From Catajapyx aquilonaris (taxonomy: Eukaryota): a stretch of 58,457 bases of DNA. Below, piece after piece: positions 54,201 through 58,457 of the stretch; positions within the stretch are counted from its first letter, which is position 1; the number at the start of each line of letters is the position of its first letter. The stretch lies in assembly GCA_000934665.2 (NCBI GenBank), contig JYFJ02000112.1:124001-182457 (forward strand). Reading direction: 5' to 3'. The position numbers and the translations under genes were made by a program. A model generated the notes under the pieces. The model was not told where the DNA came from. It did no database searches and was given only the letters and a program-made list of their open reading frames with translations.

Positions 54201-57200
54201 GTGCAGATGGCGCGCCTAATGCATGCGCCGAGCTAGTCTATCACACAGGAAAAGAGAGGCCTATCGCGTATAATGAGGGGGGATATTTTCAACAAATTGC
54301 TTCGGGGGAATCGAGGTCGCGGAATCAAAATGTATATAACGCTGGGAGGGATTTTATAGAGAGAATTATGCGGCCCGGCTAGAAAATAATTTAAATTCAA
54401 ACAGCCCCTACTCTTCTGGCGAGATGGGTTTGTAATGGTATGGCGATTTAAAAATTACCTCATTATCATGCTTGGAAGTTGAGCACCAGGCTATATCATC
54501 TATGCGGAATATTCCAACAAGGGGGCATCCAAATGTGATATGATTACAGCTGCTGCTCTTCCAAGTCCCATCATTGTCAAAGAGCACCGGAATGTGCGTG
54601 AAAGCAGGTGTGTAATTTACATATAATGACGAATATGGGCCGCGTAGTTGTTTTATGGTCAGTAAATCCTGCATTACACAACCACTATACACACAATTCC
54701 AATGACTCAATTTAGGCTAAAATGTGAGTGATCTTTCAATGTGTATATGTTCAAAGTTACAGGCGGCTTATATTCCTCTGCATTCACTGTAGAGCACATC
54801 GCAGAGGATTTTTTTTTTTTTTTTTTTGCTTGTCGTAAGCCAAGTTGGGTATATAGTAAAAGGCATGCTTTGCAAACTTCAAACGCGATTATCTGATGAA
54901 AAAGCTATCTACGGAGTCAAGAAGATCTTCAGAATTTTTGCTTTAGTCGTTGCAATGCACTGCACTGAAGCAAGGGTTGCTCACAGTGGCATTTCCTTGA
55001 TCCTAAATTATTCGTGGCGTAACCTACGAATAGAAGTATATAACATAATGAAGTACTTTCGTCCTATACAATACACTGCGGGGCTATAGAGCTTAACACC
55101 ATGTCCTTTTTTTCCCGGTTGAATCACCTTGTGACCTGTTGAGTGTTTGCAGGCGGATCAGCTTTGATGGAGCCTCCGACTCGTAAAGAATCAGTTTGTC
55201 AAGTCAACCCTATCTTGACCCCCATCGCCTGCTTCCACCTTTCGACTTTTCTGAGCCTCCCAGTCGATGTTTGTCTGTCTCCCCATCCATCAGAAGGGGG
55301 CAAACAACGACCCCTTGCTTCTAATCCGTGTCTTGCAGGATCGGGGGTGAAAATGGCCGACACGTGCTGGATGCGTCGTGTCGCCTGATATGAAATATGC
55401 CTTCTAGTTATCCCCCTTGTCGGACCCCACCGACTTAAAATCCTTCTTTTGCCACTGTTCCCCCGCTTATATGAAGAACTTTTGAGAAGAAAAAATATTT
55501 AGGAAGGAGGCGTGGGGGTTAAATCGGGTGAGAAATTGGTCCAGGATGGTTGAGGTGACAAGGGTTGGAAGGAATCGAAAGATGAAGGAGGGGACCAACG
55601 ACATTCCTAAGAGGGGGGGGGGGGGGNGGGATCTGGAAATTTATTAGGCAGGAAACTTGCAGAGATGAGATACTTTTATTGTGGGCGAGAGGAAGTGAGG
55701 GGTATGTTTATGGGCAGGATGGCATATTCGGAGCACTGAAAAAGAATTCCGGGTATAGCGATCGCGTAATCCGTTGCAGTTACGTGTGCGCTGTTTCTTG
55801 CGACGTCTTTTCATGAGTAATTTGCAAGCGCGTGCTTTGTCATCATCCCTGGACTTGTTACGAAAGAAATTACACATCTCCAGCCTCCCCCTGTTGTCAA
55901 GCAAAGAGAGAGAGAAAAATTCCGGCTGCAGTTTTAACTGCTTCCGTTTTTTCCCCCTCCGTCCTTCCTTGAACTTAGAGCGTTGACACAAATTGGCGAA
56001 GTAAAAGACAATCTTGACTTTCCCTAATTTTTGTTCCGGTAACCGGATGGAAACGATAAGCTGAAGAATTTTAATAAGTTTCTGGCAATAAGAAATAAGG
56101 CAGGGGAGACTGCTCGAGCAAATTAAACTTGAACAGGGCCAGTTTTCTGAAATTTACATAAAACCACGTGATGTGTGGAATTACTGCGGATTTTTTTAAA
56201 ATTTGACAGTGCCTGTGAATAATTTAGTCGTGTTGGTATCAGTGCTATATATAGTTAAAGGGAATTAGATTATATATATTTTAAAGTTCTGCTGCACATA
56301 TTCATATTTTGCATGCTGTTTGTTCGCGCACCCCCTCCCCCTTTTTGTGATGGCCTGGTGGTGGTGTTGGTGGGGGGGGGGGGGNGGGGGTTGCTTGTTA
56401 ATTCTACGAAGACTAGCGGATTTGAGCCTTTGATATTCCTCGTTTATTTTCGGTAGGCTTCCAGTGCAATGGATTTGTATTCGGGCCGGATAATTCATAT
56501 ACGCACACACACAGGCCTTTGAAAGTGTCCAAACTAGCTAATCAATTTAACTTCTAATTATTGGAGGCCTTTTCCTGCATTGTATTGTACTATATAGGCA
56601 GGCTAGACATTTTGTATGTGCGGTGTTGTTCGCGACTTAATGTAAAGGCGGTGTATTTAATCATTAAGCAGTCTATGAATCATATGAATTTCCGGACAGC
56701 ATGTTTGGGTGCGAATTTATTGGATGTCCCATTGCTGTGACAGACTCTTTCTGCCGATTTTTGGACGGGATTAGAAGTGTGTGTTGTAAGCTCGAATGGC
56801 ATAGTATAATGCAATGTTCGGGAGGTTTTTTTTTTGAGAGATCGGTGTCGAGGCAGCATCACCGGCGCATGCATGGTGCTGATTAATCCTGGCGGAATAG
56901 AGTGCGATTGAGCAGGGTGGGACAAAACCCGATCTGCCGTGATATTGGTGGTGTCCGACATTACATTACAAGACCGCACATGGACCCCATGGTCCAGATT
57001 TCTGCTTTGGGAAATCGACGCTCGTGCATTACTGGACCTGGGGATAAAAATGGGGAATGCTCCGGGTATGGGGTAACATAAAGCAGCCAGCTGGATGCTG
57101 CCAGTGCGATTTTTTTTTGCGAGTGAATTCCACCGTTTTGAGGTAGACATGTGTTGCAGATGGGCGAATCCTAAAAATTCGGAGCCCGTGTTTCCAGGCT

Positions 57201-58457
57201 GATGTATAGGTAACAAAGGGGTTTATTCCGGAGTTTTTGCAGGAATTGAAGGTTGTGATTTATGAGTCGCCTTATTATGGAGGAAAGAAGTATGATTGTT
57301 GAACTGGAAGTATATTTTGATGGGAGCGGAAAGTTTCAAATATGCGGCCCCTCATTTTTGCCTTTTAATTCTGTTGCTGACAAGCCCCTTCCCTGTTGAA
57401 TTGGATTTGTGCAACGAATGTGAGACACCGGGAAATTTCCCCATGGAACCCGCGCTTTTTATATGCTTCATCACTTGCTGGGAAGCCTGATGGCAAGAGA
57501 AAATTTTTGCTCCCTCTCGTTTTAACTGAATTTCTGAAGGACTTTGAATTAGTAATAATTTTTTCCTCCACTGAATACCGTACCATTTGAACTGTATTTT
57601 TTCTCCCATTGTACACTGCTTTAGAGAAAAAAAGGTGGACCCCCCTGTTACACTCATTAAGTATTCTCATAGTTTTAATTCTGGAGGGATTAAGCTATGG
57701 GAATGAATCAGAATTTCATTGTTTTCCTGTAACGAGTCCTGCCCTGCCCTACTTTTTGCTGTATGACATTTTTTGCTGGGAAATTAAATACTGATATCTA
57801 TAGTAGGAAGGAAGCAATGGTGTACTAATTGGACTGTGATAGGAACAGTATCAAGTAAAAAAAAAAACATCCAACTTCCTGTTATATTCGCAATGGAATG
57901 GCTTTATCCTATAGCCATTCTGACTATTCCAAACGGTTCCTGTTTTAGATCAGAAGCTGGAATGTCCACATGGTTTAGATTATTAGGCTCTCACACATCA
58001 CACCTGAAACTGGTTTTTTCCTCTCCCTTTCAGAATATTGAGTCCACCGGAAATCTCGCGGTTCATTTCGTGAGTGTTCTGGGTAAGGTTTCAAGACTCT
58101 GAACAAGAAGGGAGGAAAATGTTTTTTTTTTTCCCTTATCCCAACCCCCCCACTTCCCTCGGGATTGAATTGGTGTTTGGCTAGAGATGAAATCTTGTGC
58201 TCAGAAGAAGAAGAAGAAAAAAAGTGAAGTGAAAATTCTGAGGCGCGTGTGACGACGAAAGCTTCAAAAAATGGCGGTTCGGGGCCAAGACCGATTTTCT
58301 GGGTCATCAAAAGCCGGTTGGGGGAAAAAAAGAGTTCAGTGTTGGTTGTTACCTGGCGTATAGCGTCACCTTGACGACTATACAGCAGGCGGCGGTGATC
58401 TCACCGAGACTTATAGATCGTGTTGTCAGACCCCCCTTTTGTGCACTTTTTTTGCTG

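Overview
This is eukaryotic genomic DNA, most likely arthropod (short GT-AG introns, an insect-type shifted gene). The left 24 kb holds four spliced genes whose exon phases I traced by hand. (1) shifted/WIF1 on the minus strand, 8 coding exons, about 393 aa. (2) COQ7/clk-1 on the plus strand, 3 exons, about 185 aa, nested antisense inside intron 5 of shifted. (3) An intact 6-exon PIF/Harbinger transposase-derived gene on the minus strand, about 435 aa, which has lost conserved catalytic aspartates and looks domesticated; a MITE sits inside one of its splice donors. (4) RNF123/KPC1 on the minus strand, 12 coding exons, about 1301 aa. Positions 1-6 kb are mostly nested transposon relics (hAT-like, Tc1/mariner-like, RTE 5' end, foldback MITEs). 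In about 24.5-58.4 kb I found no recognisable coding exon or RNA gene, only repeats and probable assembly artefacts. The most notable item is the putative catalytically dead Harbinger-derived host gene. Family assignments rest on motif recall, not database searches.
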